NCBI RefSeq assembly: GCF_001447785.1 | Contig: NW_015165855.1 | Location: forward strand, 492,338-556,337 | Direction: 5' to 3' | Source: Gekko japonicus | Taxonomy: Eukaryota | Length of the DNA: 64,000 nt | Part shown: piece by piece, positions 49,143 to 61,592 of the stretch | Layout: every line of letters starts with the position of its first letter | Position numbering within the stretch: position 1 is the stretch's first letter | Notes under the pieces: generated by a model | What the model was told of the DNA's origin: nothing | Databases searched by the model: none | What the model saw: only the letters and a program-made list of their open reading frames with translations | Program-made: the position numbers and the translations under genes

Positions 49143-51596
49143 CATGTTCATAATAGCCACCTCAGTCTCTAAATTGTTTCCTTCATTGCCAGTCAAAGGC
49201 TCACCAGATTTGTCACCACAAAGACTGTTATCTACAATCTGGATATTGGGTGTCAGGAAAGTTAACTCATTCTTCCTGGATTCTGAGGACAGGCACAACT
49301 GGTAGGAATAAGGCAAAGTCCCATCTTCAAAGTTTGGTGGGAAGATGGCACCAGCACTTGAATGAGGAACAGGAGCAAAGCACTGTAGGAATTTGGGATT
49401 TCCTGATCGTCGAAGCTTCATCAGAATGGCCAAGATCACCGTCAAGAGGAACAAGAAGGAGATCAAAGCCAGGGCCAGCACCAGATAGAACTGCAGATCA
49501 GACTGATAGTCAGGACTGATGGACTGGGTCTTCATTTCTGGAAGGGCCTCTTGGAAGTTCTCTGCAAACACCAGGTTCAGAGTCACTGTAGCAGATAACG
49601 ATGGGTGTCCATTATCCTTCACTAAGATGACCACCCTCTGCTTCACAGCATCCCTTTCCAAAAAAGTTCGGGATGTCCTGATCTCACCAGTATGGTGTCC
49701 AATTGTGAAGAGCCCTGGCTCAGTGGCCTGAAGCAGGTGGTAGGAGAGCCAGGCATTGTGTCCAGAGTCAGCATCCACTGCTACCACCTTGGTCACCAGA
49801 TAATCTGCATCAGCGGAAAGAGGAACCATCTCAAACAAGACTGAAGCTTCCACTCCTTTGGAAGGATAGAGAATCTGAGGGCTGTTGTCATTCTGGTCCA
49901 CAATAAACACTTCCACTGTGACATTGCTGCTGAGGGGAGGAGAACCTCCATCTTGGGCCTTCACTTGAAGTTGGAACTCCCTGAATTGTTCGTAGTCAAA
50001 GGAACGCTGTGCATAAACAATCCCCGTCTCAGAGTTAATGGAGACATAAGAGGAGAGAGGCAGGTCCTCAATGTTGCTCTTTTGGATGGAGTAAAGGATT
50101 CGTGCATTGCGATCCAGATCTGGGTCTGAGGCTTTGACCCTGAAAATGGAGGCTCCAGAGGGGTTGTTTTCTGGCACGTAGGCAGTATAGGAAGGCTTCT
50201 CAAAGGCTGGAGGATTATCATTGATGTCGGAGATCTGCACAGAAATGGTCTTGAGTGTAGAAAGAGGAGGACTGCCATTGTCTGTGGCTGTGATTGTGAT
50301 ATTGTACTCAGGAGTATTTTCCCTGTCCAAAGCACCATCTGTAACCACCTTATAGTAGTTATTGGATGTTGAGACAATTTGGAATGGCAAATTGCTTAGT
50401 ACCTGACAAACTATGTTTCCATTCTCTCCAGAATCTCTGTCTTTTACATTGATAAGAGCAACCAGAGTCCCAGATGCAGAATCTTCGGGTATTGGACTGG
50501 AGGATGAGAGAAGAACAATGTCCGGGGCATTGTCATTCACGTCTATTAACTTTATTTCAACATTGCAGTGAGCTACTAACCCACCTCCATCCTTGGCTTC
50601 CACCGTCACAGTGTATTTATCTTTCCACTCAAAGTCCAGGTTTTCCATAACCATTATTGCCCCATTTTTGGGATCTAGCAAAAACATTCTGCGAACACTT
50701 TCAGCAATATTGCTAAAGATATAGATGATCTGGCCATTGGACCCTTCATCTCTGTCAGTGGCTTTCACCTGTACCACTGAAGATCCTTTGGGGGCATTTT
50801 CCTTCAGGCTGACCTTGTACAATTCTTGTGCAAAAACAGGGGGGTTGTCATTGGCATCAATGACATTAACCCATATTTTGGCTGTGCCAGTTTTGACAGG
50901 CCTTCCTCCATCTAGAGCCAGAAGGGTTAAATGGAAACTGCTTTCACTTTCCCGATCCAGCTGTTTACTGAGTACTAATTCTGCATATTTATTCCCATCT
51001 TCACTCTCTCTAGTTTCCAGTGTGAAATATTGATTGGATGAGAGTTGGTAGTTCTGGAGAGAATTCATTCCAACATCTGGATCTTCAGCATTCCCAAGAA
51101 CGAATCGGGCTCCTGGTAAAGTTAATTCACTTGGTTCTAGCCTGATATCCTCATTTAAGAAATGTGGTGTGTTGTCATTAATGTCCTGGATTGCTACAGT
51201 TACATGGAAAATATTCATGGGGTTTTCAGCCATGACTTCAAAATTTATAGGGCAGAAAATAGTTTCCCCACATATTCCTTCTCTATCTATCCTATCATTT
51301 ACATACAGTTTTCCATTTTCTGCACTGACAGTGAAATACTGCTTTTTATCTAGAGAAAGGACATGCAGATTGCGATTTGCTATTTCTCCAGGGCTCAGTC
51401 CTAGATCTTTGGCTAGATTCCCAACAACGGACCCTTTCTCCATTTCCTCAGGGACTGAATACTGAATCTGCTCTGAGGCCGTCTTGCAGAACAAAGACAA
51501 TAACAAGAGGAACAATAACCTTACTGATCCACTCTTCTCTTGGTGTCTGCAGTTCATCCTTCTGGCTGAGGAGCTTGCTTTTTCTTCTACTGGCAT
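49143..51596 (-). CDS. PCDHGB: Protocadherin gamma-B-like variable exon (unit 8), intact, 818 codons
   Basis: Full ORF. Donor ATG|GTGAGT at 49143/49142, phase 0. The second Met (MNCRH) may be the true start. Confidence 0.93.
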
Positions 51597-51833
51597 ATCT
51601 TGGTCAGCTGAGATCTTTTAAAATTCCCATCACAATACAAGATCCACAGTAAGGAAGCATACACAATGACACTGGATTCTGCTGAATTTATATATGTTGT
51701 AATGGTTTCCTTTCCCCAAGGCTTCCACGTCTCTGTTGTCTGCTGTTTTCCTGATCTGCATTCGGAGAATGAGCAGCCACACAGCTGGAAGCATCGTTCA
51801 GTGGATTCCTAGCTCCTACATGAGAGCTACCTT

Positions 51834-51873
51834 GGCCAACAGCGACACTCTGCGTCTCAGGCAGGGAACTGCA
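51834..51873 (-). promoter_or_regulatory. CSE/CTCF site of unit 8
   Basis: TGCAGTTCCCTGCCTGAGACGCAGAGTGTCGCTGTTGGCC. Confidence 0.88.
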
Positions 51874-52869
51874 AGAATTGCTTTTGTCTCTTCCTGAAGC
51901 TTATATGTAGAGAAGAACAATCTGTTTTCAGGTGGGGAAGAAGAAAAGTTTTCTGGCTTTGTGGATAGTATATATCTACATTTTTGTATGTGTTTATTTT
52001 GCTACAACAGTAGGAACGCCATTCAAAAGAGCCCTAGTCAAACAGCACAAACTACTCTGCTTTTCCACCACCTACCTTTTTTCAACAGGAGCTCAACAGT
52101 TAATTAATACCAGCAGGAAATATTTTGAGGCATGTTACTATTAATAAGAAATGAATAATGAAATATATAAAGACATCATTTCTATTTATGCCCTCTTAGA
52201 TTCCATATACTATTTTGCTACATTTATCTCTCCTTATATATAATTGAATAGTGGGTGCCAAAATTCTAATTCTAAAATGCACTCCCTTAGTGTATGGCTG
52301 ATGGCACTGCTCCTCAGCATATATCGCCACCAATCAGAAGGCAAAGCCCGGGTCCCGCCCACACCACAACTGCTGCGACAACCTGGTCTTTTGCATATGG
52401 AAGCTGATTGGACTTCAGTCCATTCCACACCTCAAACTCCCCCGCCCCCGCAAGGCAGTTGGGATTTTCGGTTGCATAACATACCTCATAGGAGAGAGGA
52501 GAATGGGTAACAATGGTTACCACTCTCCAGGTGAGGGCTACAGATAACTCAAACATACAAATGCTCTTCAGGTAGCAGAGATCAGTCCCTCTGGAGAAAA
52601 CAGTGGACTCTGTCATTAAACCCTGCTGAGGTCGCCACAGGAAACTGACACTGTTTGCCCAAAGCCAGAGCACTCTCCCAGAGCCTCTTTCTAGATCCCG
52701 TTGTATTTATTTCCGCAACGGGCATTATTTCTAGTTTATTATAAAACAAAATATAATTACACCATATGGTTCACACCATAACACAGCTATAAAGATTACA
52801 ATGTCACCATTAATTACAGAACCTGATAAGCATCACTCAGTTAAGCACCTCTTTCTTCCATGAATAAGT

Positions 52870-53480
52870 AAGCCTGACATTAACATAGATCTCTTTGACT
52901 TTTACCATCCAGTCCTATATATTTGGGACTAAATTCTGCTTTCAATGTCTAGCAAAAACAACCCTTGTCACCAAAATTAAATAGAGGAAATTTACCTGGA
53001 TCCTGCTTGGAAATCCTGTCACATGGTTCAACAAAAATATTTCTAGCCTTAGAAGGATCTCAGGTTCACATCCAATCTCTAATTCTTCATGAATCTTAGT
53101 CCAAACCTCAGTAGCATCAGGACATCGCCACCACATGTGGACAAAACTGACCACTGGAAGACTACAAAATCCACAAGGGCCAGTGCAGCTCTTTATACAT
53201 CAAAGCTAATTTTTTAGTGTAAAATAAAATGGATGAACTATTTTAAGTAGGTTTTCTTTAAGCACCAAAGAGATAGTAAAAGCAGATCCATGAGTTGAAA
53301 AAAAATTCTAGATCTCGAGTATCACAGAACTAGTATCATTATTCCAGTTAGTTTTTAATCTATAATTAACTAAACAGAATAATATATATTTTTTGGGGGG
53401 GTGTGTGCTGCCCTAGACTGAGATAGTGTTTCAAAATCTGAAAGCCTCCTAAGACCTTCTCAGTACTTTGCTGGGGGGGG
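52870..53480 (-). mobile_element. Degenerate L1-clade ORF2 3' fragment, duplicated at about 62090-62705
   Basis: HMWWRCP...WTKIHEEL resembles the C-terminal CCHC region of L1 ORF2. A diverged second copy lies upstream of unit 9. Confidence 0.6.
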
Positions 53481-53980
53481 GAAGATTCAAAAGTTGCAGA
53501 TATTCAGACAGAATTATATGTCCGTTACTGATTTGAGAAACCACAACAAAGGGGATCAACTTATTACCTGCTATTAGCAGCTTATAATTATCAAGTCCAA
53601 TGCTTTCCCATTTGAAAAGGGAGCTTAATTGATAACCCCAAAAAAATGTTTCACTGCTGAAGGAAGAGGTGATATATCTGGGGATATTTCTTTCATACTG
53701 GTCCCAAACTGATAAGAAATTATTTATTATGAAGTTATCATGAGTGTATATCGTTGTCCTCTCTGATTTCTTTATATAAAGAAGTGTTTACAAAGGCATG
53801 TGGACACAGACCTGTTCAGTGGTTATCTCATCACTCTCCTCAACATTTGAGAGCCAACTCATGAACCATTTTAGCCTTGTGGCATTGTGGTGAAGTTTGA
53901 TCATGAGTACACCAAAACCACCACAGGCTGATTTCAACTGAGTAACTGACCATTTTACTCTTGGTTTCTTACTCTTCCAT

Positions 53981-54333
53981 GTAAGTAAAGGTAAAGGTTC
54001 CCTTGCTCGAAAGCCAGTCGAATCCGACTCTAGGGTTGCGGTGCTCATCTCCATTTCAAAGCCGAAGAGCCAGCGCTGTCCGAAGACCTTTCCGTGGTCA
54101 TGTGGCCGGCATGACTAAACACCAAGGTGCACAGAACACTGTTACCTTCCCACTGAAGTGGTACCTATTTATCTCCTTGCAATTTCTTGCTTTCGAACTG
54201 CTAGGTTGGCAGGAGCTGGAACTAGAGACGGGGGCTCACTCCGTCTTGCAGCACCCGGGTCTTGAACTGCTGAACTACTGACCATCCACAGCCTGCAGTT
54301 CAGCGTCTTAACCACTTGAGCCACCGCAGCTCC
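53981..54333 (-). mobile_element. Sauria-type SINE, full length
   Basis: Same family. TSD TACTCTTCCAT at 53970-53980 and 54334-54344. Confidence 0.9.
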
Positions 54334-54806
54334 TACTCTTCCATTTACTACTCCATTATTATTATTATTATTATTAAAAAAACCCTATGCTTCTAGCTGT
54401 ATGTACCTGGAACCCCAAAGGATGCCTTAGCAATTATTATGCAACCCACAAGCTCCTTCTTACTAGATCTCAGTCCAGTTTTAGCATTTTGATTGAACAC
54501 AGAAACACATAAATCTGCCTTCTACTGCATCAGACCACTGTTTTCTCAAGGTTGCTCTTCTCTACTCTGAACGGTAGCAGTTCTCCAGACTTGCAAGTGG
54601 AGGTCTTTCCCATCATCAAAGACCTGCCCTTTCAACTGGAGTTGCTGGCAATTGAGCCTGGGACCTTTTACATGCAAAGCACATGCTCCGCCACTGAGCC
54701 ACAGCCCATCACTGAATTTACTGAGCCTGAGAAGAATGGGACAAACAACTTTTCAGAATGTGTGGGATCTCTGTGAGTAAGTGGAGGAGCTGATGATGTT
54801 TTATTA

Positions 54807-55195
54807 GGGAGCGGTGGCGCAGGGGATTTTTCCCTGCTTAACCATAACATCTGAACTGCCATGCTTTGGCAGTTCTAGCCCCGTGCTGGTGTGAGCAACC
54901 AAGCCTCGTCCTAGCTCATCGTCTACCCAGAGATTCGAAAGCTTCGGCGAGTAGATAAATTGGGGACTCCCTTCGGGAAGGTGTTAGCTGCCGAGGCAAC
55001 TTCTGAGGCGCAGCGACCGGAAAGACGAAAGAGCTGTGTCGGCTTCCCAGCAGTGGAGCGAGTCGGCCAGGCGGTGGCAGTGTGTGGCTGCACAACATCA
55101 AGAAGCCAGACGTCATCAGCCAGCCGACAAGATGCCGTAGGAACACGACTGACCCAGCCCGCAGATGAAGCCCGGCTAGCTGCAATGTGTGTGTA
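54807..55195 (+). mobile_element. Divergent tRNA-headed SINE distantly related to the Sauria SINE
   Basis: A-box-like GCGGTGGCGCAGGGG and B-box-like GTTCTAGCCC. Shared blocks CTGAACTGC, GTGAGC, TTCGAAAGC, GTAGATAAAT and GGGAAGG. CpG-rich. Confidence 0.6.
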
Positions 55196-56149
55196 ATTAA
55201 TGCTGCATGTTTGTCTTCCCTATCCCACAAATATTGTTAGTCCAATTGTCTCAAGAGTAACTGTAAATCATTCTGAGCCCGCAGGTATGTGGGAAAGAGC
55301 GATCAATAAATCGAAACATTATTATTATTATTAGCTTTGCCTTCTTTTTCATAAACCCCCAATATACCCTTTTGGCCTCTATGTTCTGCCTCAAGTGGCT
55401 TACATCAAAAGATAACCGTCTATCTGTGGATGATGTTTTCCACCCAAAGAAGAACTGTTTTACAACTTGTTCTAAATCAGTGTACGAAAAAAGTGAAAAT
55501 AAATGCAGGCTGTTCATCCGCTTTCATGAGAACTAGCACAAGTAGAAAAATGAACACTTATGATAGTAACTAGCTGTTAACAGTGCTGCAGGTACTCTTG
55601 AGCCAGTGTCTCTAGAATAGCATTACCAAATGTTTTCCTTCCTCTCATACTTGTTTAGATCAAATACCTTATTTTCACTTAGCCAAATTACGGAAGAGTT
55701 TTCTAGCTTGAGATTCCAAGAGTGAGGAAAACTGGTCAACAGATAAAAAAGAGAAGATTTAAAACATGGACTTTAAGTACCAATCTACTGGAAATAAATC
55801 CACACATGCAAAACGAGAGGTTTCTCTCCTGTTCAAACTTCCTATAAGGGAAAGAGCAGATCCAATTCCATTACAAATAGAACAGCAATAAAAGCTCTGA
55901 ACTGCAGAAAATCCTTTAAATGTTAATATATTGAACATTTCTCATATGATGAAATTATTTCCTCTAATTTACGTTATGCAAAACATTTCTATTGCACTAA
56001 ATTGCAATAGATATACTAGATGTCTCCTTTTGTCACTAAAACACAGGCCCGGGTATACATAAGGGTGTGAATGCAATAGCAGGCTACTACTGCTTGAATT
56101 GTTGCAAGTATGATAAAGCCCTTTTCAAAACCTACTGAAATCCCACTAT

Positions 56150-56397
56150 GGTCCTTTCTGCAGTAGACCTTAAATCCTGGTTCAACCCTGTCCCCGAACT
56201 TACATTATACACTACACTCGAGTTCACCCCTGTAATCATCTCAGGGTATTTTTGTTTCCACATTTGTCACCCCAGTTTTGCCCCACATTTGTCCCAGGAT
56301 ATATGGATGCTGTTATAACCACGGAAAAATGGAAGGTATTGTGTTGCAAGTTGAATTCTGATAAAACCAGGGATGAGATCCAAGTGCGGAAAGGACC
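56150..56397. mobile_element. PIF/Harbinger-like MITE
   Basis: TIR GGTCCTTTCTGCA / TGCGGAAAGGACC. 3-bp TSD TAT. Confidence 0.72.
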
Positions 56398-57784
56398 TAT
56401 GACATACTATGGGTACTCCTAGGGTTACTAATAGCTATATTGAGGATGCATTAGAGTAGTGATGGGGGTATAGAACAAACGGATGGGCATCTCCATTTAA
56501 ATGAGTGCAGGTAGAAGAGCTGAGAGGTATTTGGGTATCAGACTTTAGTCACCATCATTAAAGGGTGATAGCAATGTTAGATGTGATAGATCAATGGGCC
56601 TTTTTTGGTATGACAGCTCCCTATAAGCCCATATGAGGAAAACAACAATAATACACAAGTATGAAACTGAATGGCATTGAAAGCATCCCTAATATGTTTG
56701 GGGATGCCTTAGTTTTTGCTGCAGACTAGTAATGCCAAATATCTGAGAATATCTGCCACCCAAAATGGCAACCCATGCTAAATTCTTCCCACATCTGTAA
56801 CAGATAATGCAACTCAACGTTACCACACTTTGCGTTTTTCCACCAGAGTGAAAAAACACAATTCTCCAGGTTGAGTAACTATTTCCTTGTTACCTGACCA
56901 AATTCTTATACAGAAAACATCTACTACAGTTCTTCCATCCAGAATAGCCATTCTCTTTTCAAAGAGTGTTATTTTAGTTCAATAGATTTGCAGTCATTGA
57001 TTTCCCCCCAGCTATGATGTATGTGTTAAAAACAAAAAAACTCTTGTTTGTAAGGAGCTCTCATGACTTTTCTTCATTCTTCCTAGATATTCCTCTATTT
57101 ATTGCTTTTAAATTTCAAACAATGTCACCAACAGTGTAGTGAAATATTACTTCAGAACCAGTTTTGATCATTTGTCATTGTAGCCGCAATTCCAGAGGAA
57201 TTCCAGATTTACTTTGCCCAGGTGATGTGGTAGTCAGGTCTAAGACCTCAGACCCAGCATTGAGTTGATTTTTTGTTTGATTTTACCTAAGCAAATATCT
57301 TACTTGCAGAGACATAAAAATCCTGATGCTACAAGATTGCAGCTATTTTTGCATCTGCTTCAGCAAATATCAAATGCCAACTGGCTGCACATCCAAGTGA
57401 AGCCATTGGTTAGAAATCAACATGACAGAAAGGACTTTCATGGTTCACAAAGGATCTAGAAAAGCCTGTTACCATATGTGGATGGTATACTTGACGACAG
57501 CAGAGTAATAAGAACTCTGTAGCTAATTGTGGTTGCCAACTCCAAGTTGGGAAATTCTTAAGAGTTTTGGGAGCAGTGCTTAGGTGAAGGCAGAGTTCAA
57601 GAAGGAAGCTCAGTAGGGATATAATGCCACACAATCCATACTCTGAAGCTGCCATTTTCTTCAGGGGAACTGATCTCTGCAGTCTGGGGATTTTGTGAGA
57701 ACTCCAGGCCTCACCTGGAGGAAAGTCAATAATTAGATGATTTTTGTTCATCATTTAGGGACCAATATTAGTAGCATTGTAGTC

Positions 57785-58136
57785 GGAGCTGTGGTGGCTC
57801 AAGTGGTTAAGACGCTGAACTGCAGGCTGTGGAAGGTCGGTAGCTCAGCAGTTCGAGACCTGAGTGTGCTGCATGACGGAGTGAGCTCCCGTCTCTAGTT
57901 CCAGCTCCTGCCAACCTAGCAGTTCGAAAGCAAGAAATTGCAAGTAGATAAATAGGTACCACTTCAGTGGGAAGGTAACAGCGTTCCGTGAGCCTTGGTG
58001 TTTAGTCATGCCGGCCACATGACCACGGAAATGTCTTCAGACAGCGCTGGCTCTTCGGCTTGGAAACGGAGATGAGCACCGCAACCCTAGAGTCGGACTC
58101 TACTGGCTTTCGAGCAAGGGAACCTTTACCTTTACC
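57785..58136 (+). mobile_element. Sauria-type SINE, full length
   Basis: Same family, ACCTTTACCTTTACC tail, flanked by TAGTC on both sides. Confidence 0.88.
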
Positions 58137-58861
58137 TAGTCACTTTCCGAGACTATCAAATATTATTTTTATTGTGTGCATGTGTCAATTTTAAACTGAA
58201 AGCTGCTCAGAGGGGCCTAGAATGTAAAATACAGTAAGTTTTCAAAAATAAACTTATTTAAATGTGCTAATTTGTTTTGCACTATTGTTCCTAGGCCAAT
58301 ATGGGATGGGTGCAGTTTAGACAGATGCCCTATATTACTTTTACATTTCTCTTGTATTCTCAACTCAAATCATCCAGAATTTACCAGGTTGCCTTAGACA
58401 AGCCATTATCTTGAAACTGAAAACTTTATCTGCAATACAGGAAGCATCCGCTGCAGGGCCACTTGTATGGCCGGCTAAAAATTAGGGATCTATTGAATTT
58501 CACTGGCTTCCTGTTCTGCCTCAAAAATCACTGTTAGCATGACACTCTAAGATGCACCAGAAGCTCTACGGTAGACTTCTGGGTTTGCCAAAGAAATGAC
58601 ATCATGCCGTCAACACAATGATGCCCCCCATGCCTTACTCCCTGACCAGCTGGTAACCCTGCCCCGGGGCTTTATTTTTGTGTCATTGTTTCTTTCCTTA
58701 GAGCACTAGTTCACATTAAACTTATCTGATTTCTAATATCATACTTGCATCAGTTGTATATAACTGGCATATCATTGGCATTAAAATGTCAAAATAATAC
58801 ATCTACAATCACAATCAAAATATCTACAATGTAAATGAGGTACTCCTTAAAATAAACTCAC

Positions 58862-61315
58862 CATCTCAGATTTCTCCATCTCACAATTAAGGATATTTCC
58901 CTCACTGGGTGTCAAAAGGGCCTCAGACGTGTTCTTAGAAGAAATGTGCTCTGCAATTTGAACACTGCTTGCTGGAAAAGCATATTCCTGTATCCGGGAT
59001 TCAGATGATAAGCAAAGTTGGTAAGAATAAGGTAATGTCCCCTCTTCATAGTTTGGTGGAAATATGACAGCATTGTTTGAATGGGGGATGGGACCAAAGC
59101 ACTGAAGGAATTTGGGTTTCCCTGATCGCCGAAACTTCATCAGAATGGCCAGAATCACCGTCAAGAGGAACAAGAAGGAGATCAAAGCTAAAGCCAGCAC
59201 CAGATAGAACTGCAGATCAGACTGATAGTCAGGACTGATGGACTGGGTCTTCATTTCTGGAAGGGCCTCTTGGAAGTTCTCTGCAAACACCATGTTCAGA
59301 GTCACTGTAGCAGATAACGATGGGTGCCCATTATCCTTCACTAAGATGACCGCCCTCTGCTTCACAGCATCCCTTTCCAAAAATGTTCGGGATGTCCTGA
59401 TCTCACCAGTATGGTGTCCAATTGTGAAGAGCCCTGGCTCAGTGGCTTGAAGCAGGTGGTAGGAGAGCCAGGCATTGTGTCCAGAGTCAGCATCCACCGC
59501 TACCACCTTGGTCACCAGATAATCTGCATCAGCTGAACGAGGGATCATCTCAAACAAGGCTGAACCTTCCACTCCTTTGGAAGGATAAAGGATCTGAGGG
59601 CTGTTGTCGTTCTGGTCCACAATAAACACTTTCACTGTGACATTGCTGCTCAGGGGAGGAGAGCCTCCATCTTGGGCCTTCACTTGAAGTTGGAACTCCC
59701 TGAATTGTTCGTAGTCAAAGGAGCGCTGTGCATAAATAATCCCAGTCTCAGAGTTAATGGAGACATAAGAGGAGAGAGGCAGGTTCTCAATGTTGCTCTT
59801 TTGGATGGAGTAAAGGATTCGTGCATTGCGATCCAGATCTGGGTCTGAGGCTTTGACCCTGAAAATGGAGGCTCCAGAGGGGTTGTTCTCTGGCACATAG
59901 GCAGTATAGGAAGGCTTCTCAAAGGCTGGAGGGTTATCGTTGATATCAGAGATCTGCACTGAAATGGTCTTGAGTGTAGAAAGAGGAGGATTGCCTTGGT
60001 CTGTGGCTGTGATTGTGATATTATATTGAGGAATAGTTTCTCTGTCCAGCACACCATCTGTAAGCACCTTATAGTAGTTATTGGATGTTGAGACAATTTG
60101 GAAGGGCAAATTGCTTAGTACCTGACAAACTATGTTTCCATTTTCTCCTGAATCTCTGTCTTTTACATGGATAAGAGCTACCAGAGTTCCGGATGCAGAA
60201 TCTTCGGGTATTGGGCTGGATGATGAGACAAGAACAATTTCCGGGGCATTGTCATTCTCGTCTATTATCTTTATTTCAACATTGCAGTGAGCCACTAACC
60301 CACCCCCATCCTTGGCTTCCACCATCATGGTGTATTTATCTTTCCACTCAAAGTCCGGGGTTTCCATTACCATTATTGTCCCATTTTTTGGATCTAGCAA
60401 AAACATTTTGCTGGCACTTTCAGCAATATTGCTAAAGATATAGATGATCTGGCCATTGGACCCTTCATCTCTGTCAGTGGCTTTCACCTGTACCACTGAA
60501 AACCCTTTTGGTGCATTTTCGTTCAGGCTGACCTTGTACATATCTTGCGCAAAAATAGGTGGGTTGTCATTGGCATCAATGACATTAACCCATATTTTGG
60601 CTGTGCCAGTTTTGGCAGGCTTTCCTCCATCTAGAGCCAGAAGGGTTAAATGGAAACTGCTTTCACTTTCCCGATCCAGATATTTTCTCAGTACTAATTC
60701 TGCATATTTATTTCCATCTTCTTTCTCTCGAGTTTCTAGTGTGAAATATTGATTGGGTGAGAGCTGGTAACTCTGGAGAGAATTCATTCCAACATCTGGG
60801 TCTTCAGCATGCCCAAGAACAAATCGGGCTCCTGGCAGAGTTGATTCACTTGGTTCTAGCCTGATATCCTCATTTAAGAAACGTGGAGTGTTATCATTAA
60901 TATCCTGGATTGCTACAGTTACATGGAAAATATTCATGGGGTTTTCAGCCATGACTTCAAAATTTATAAGGCAGAATAGAGTTTCCCCACATATCCCTTC
61001 CCTATCTATCCTATCATTTACATACAGTTTTCCATTTTCTGCACTGACAGTGAAATACTGCTTTTTATCTAGAGAAAGGACATGCAGATTGCGATTTGCT
61101 ATTACTCCAGGACTAAGTCCTAAATCTTTGGCTAGATTCCCTACAACGGACCCTTTCTCCATTTCCTCAGGGACTGAATACTGAATCTGCTCTGAGGCAG
61201 TCTTGCAGAACAAAGACAATAATAAGAGGAACAATAACCTTACTGATCCACTCTTCTCTTGGTGTCTGCAGTTCATCCTTCTGGCTGAGGAGCTTGCTTT
61301 TTCTTCTACTGGCAT
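58862..61315 (-). CDS. PCDHGB: Protocadherin gamma-B-like variable exon (unit 9), intact, 818 codons
   Basis: Full ORF and close paralog of unit 8 (offset 9719). Donor ATG|GTGAGT at 58862/58861. Confidence 0.93.
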
Positions 61316-61552
61316 ATCTTGATCAGCTGAGATCTTTTCAAATTCCCATCACAACACAAGATCCACAGTAAGGAAGCATAAACAATGTCACTGGATTCCG
61401 CTGAATTTATATAAATTGTAATGGTTTCCTTTCCCCAAGGCTTCCCCGTCTCCGTTGTCTGCTGTTTTCCTGATCTGCATTCCGAGAATGAGCAGCCACA
61501 CAGCTGGAAGCATCGTTCAGTGGATTCCTAGCTCCTACATGAGAGCTACCTT

Positions 61553-61592
61553 GGCCAACAGCGACACTCTGCGTCTCAGGCAGGGAACTGCA
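61553..61592 (-). promoter_or_regulatory. CSE/CTCF site of unit 9
   Basis: Identical to the unit 8 CSE. Confidence 0.88.

Noticed and set aside
54885-54970. HDV-like or hammerhead ribozyme in the divergent SINE
   Set aside because: A partial HDV-like topology can be drawn, but the P1.1 GG and the catalytic C in J4/2 are missing. The nearby CTGAGGC...CGAAA lacks the CUGANGA core.
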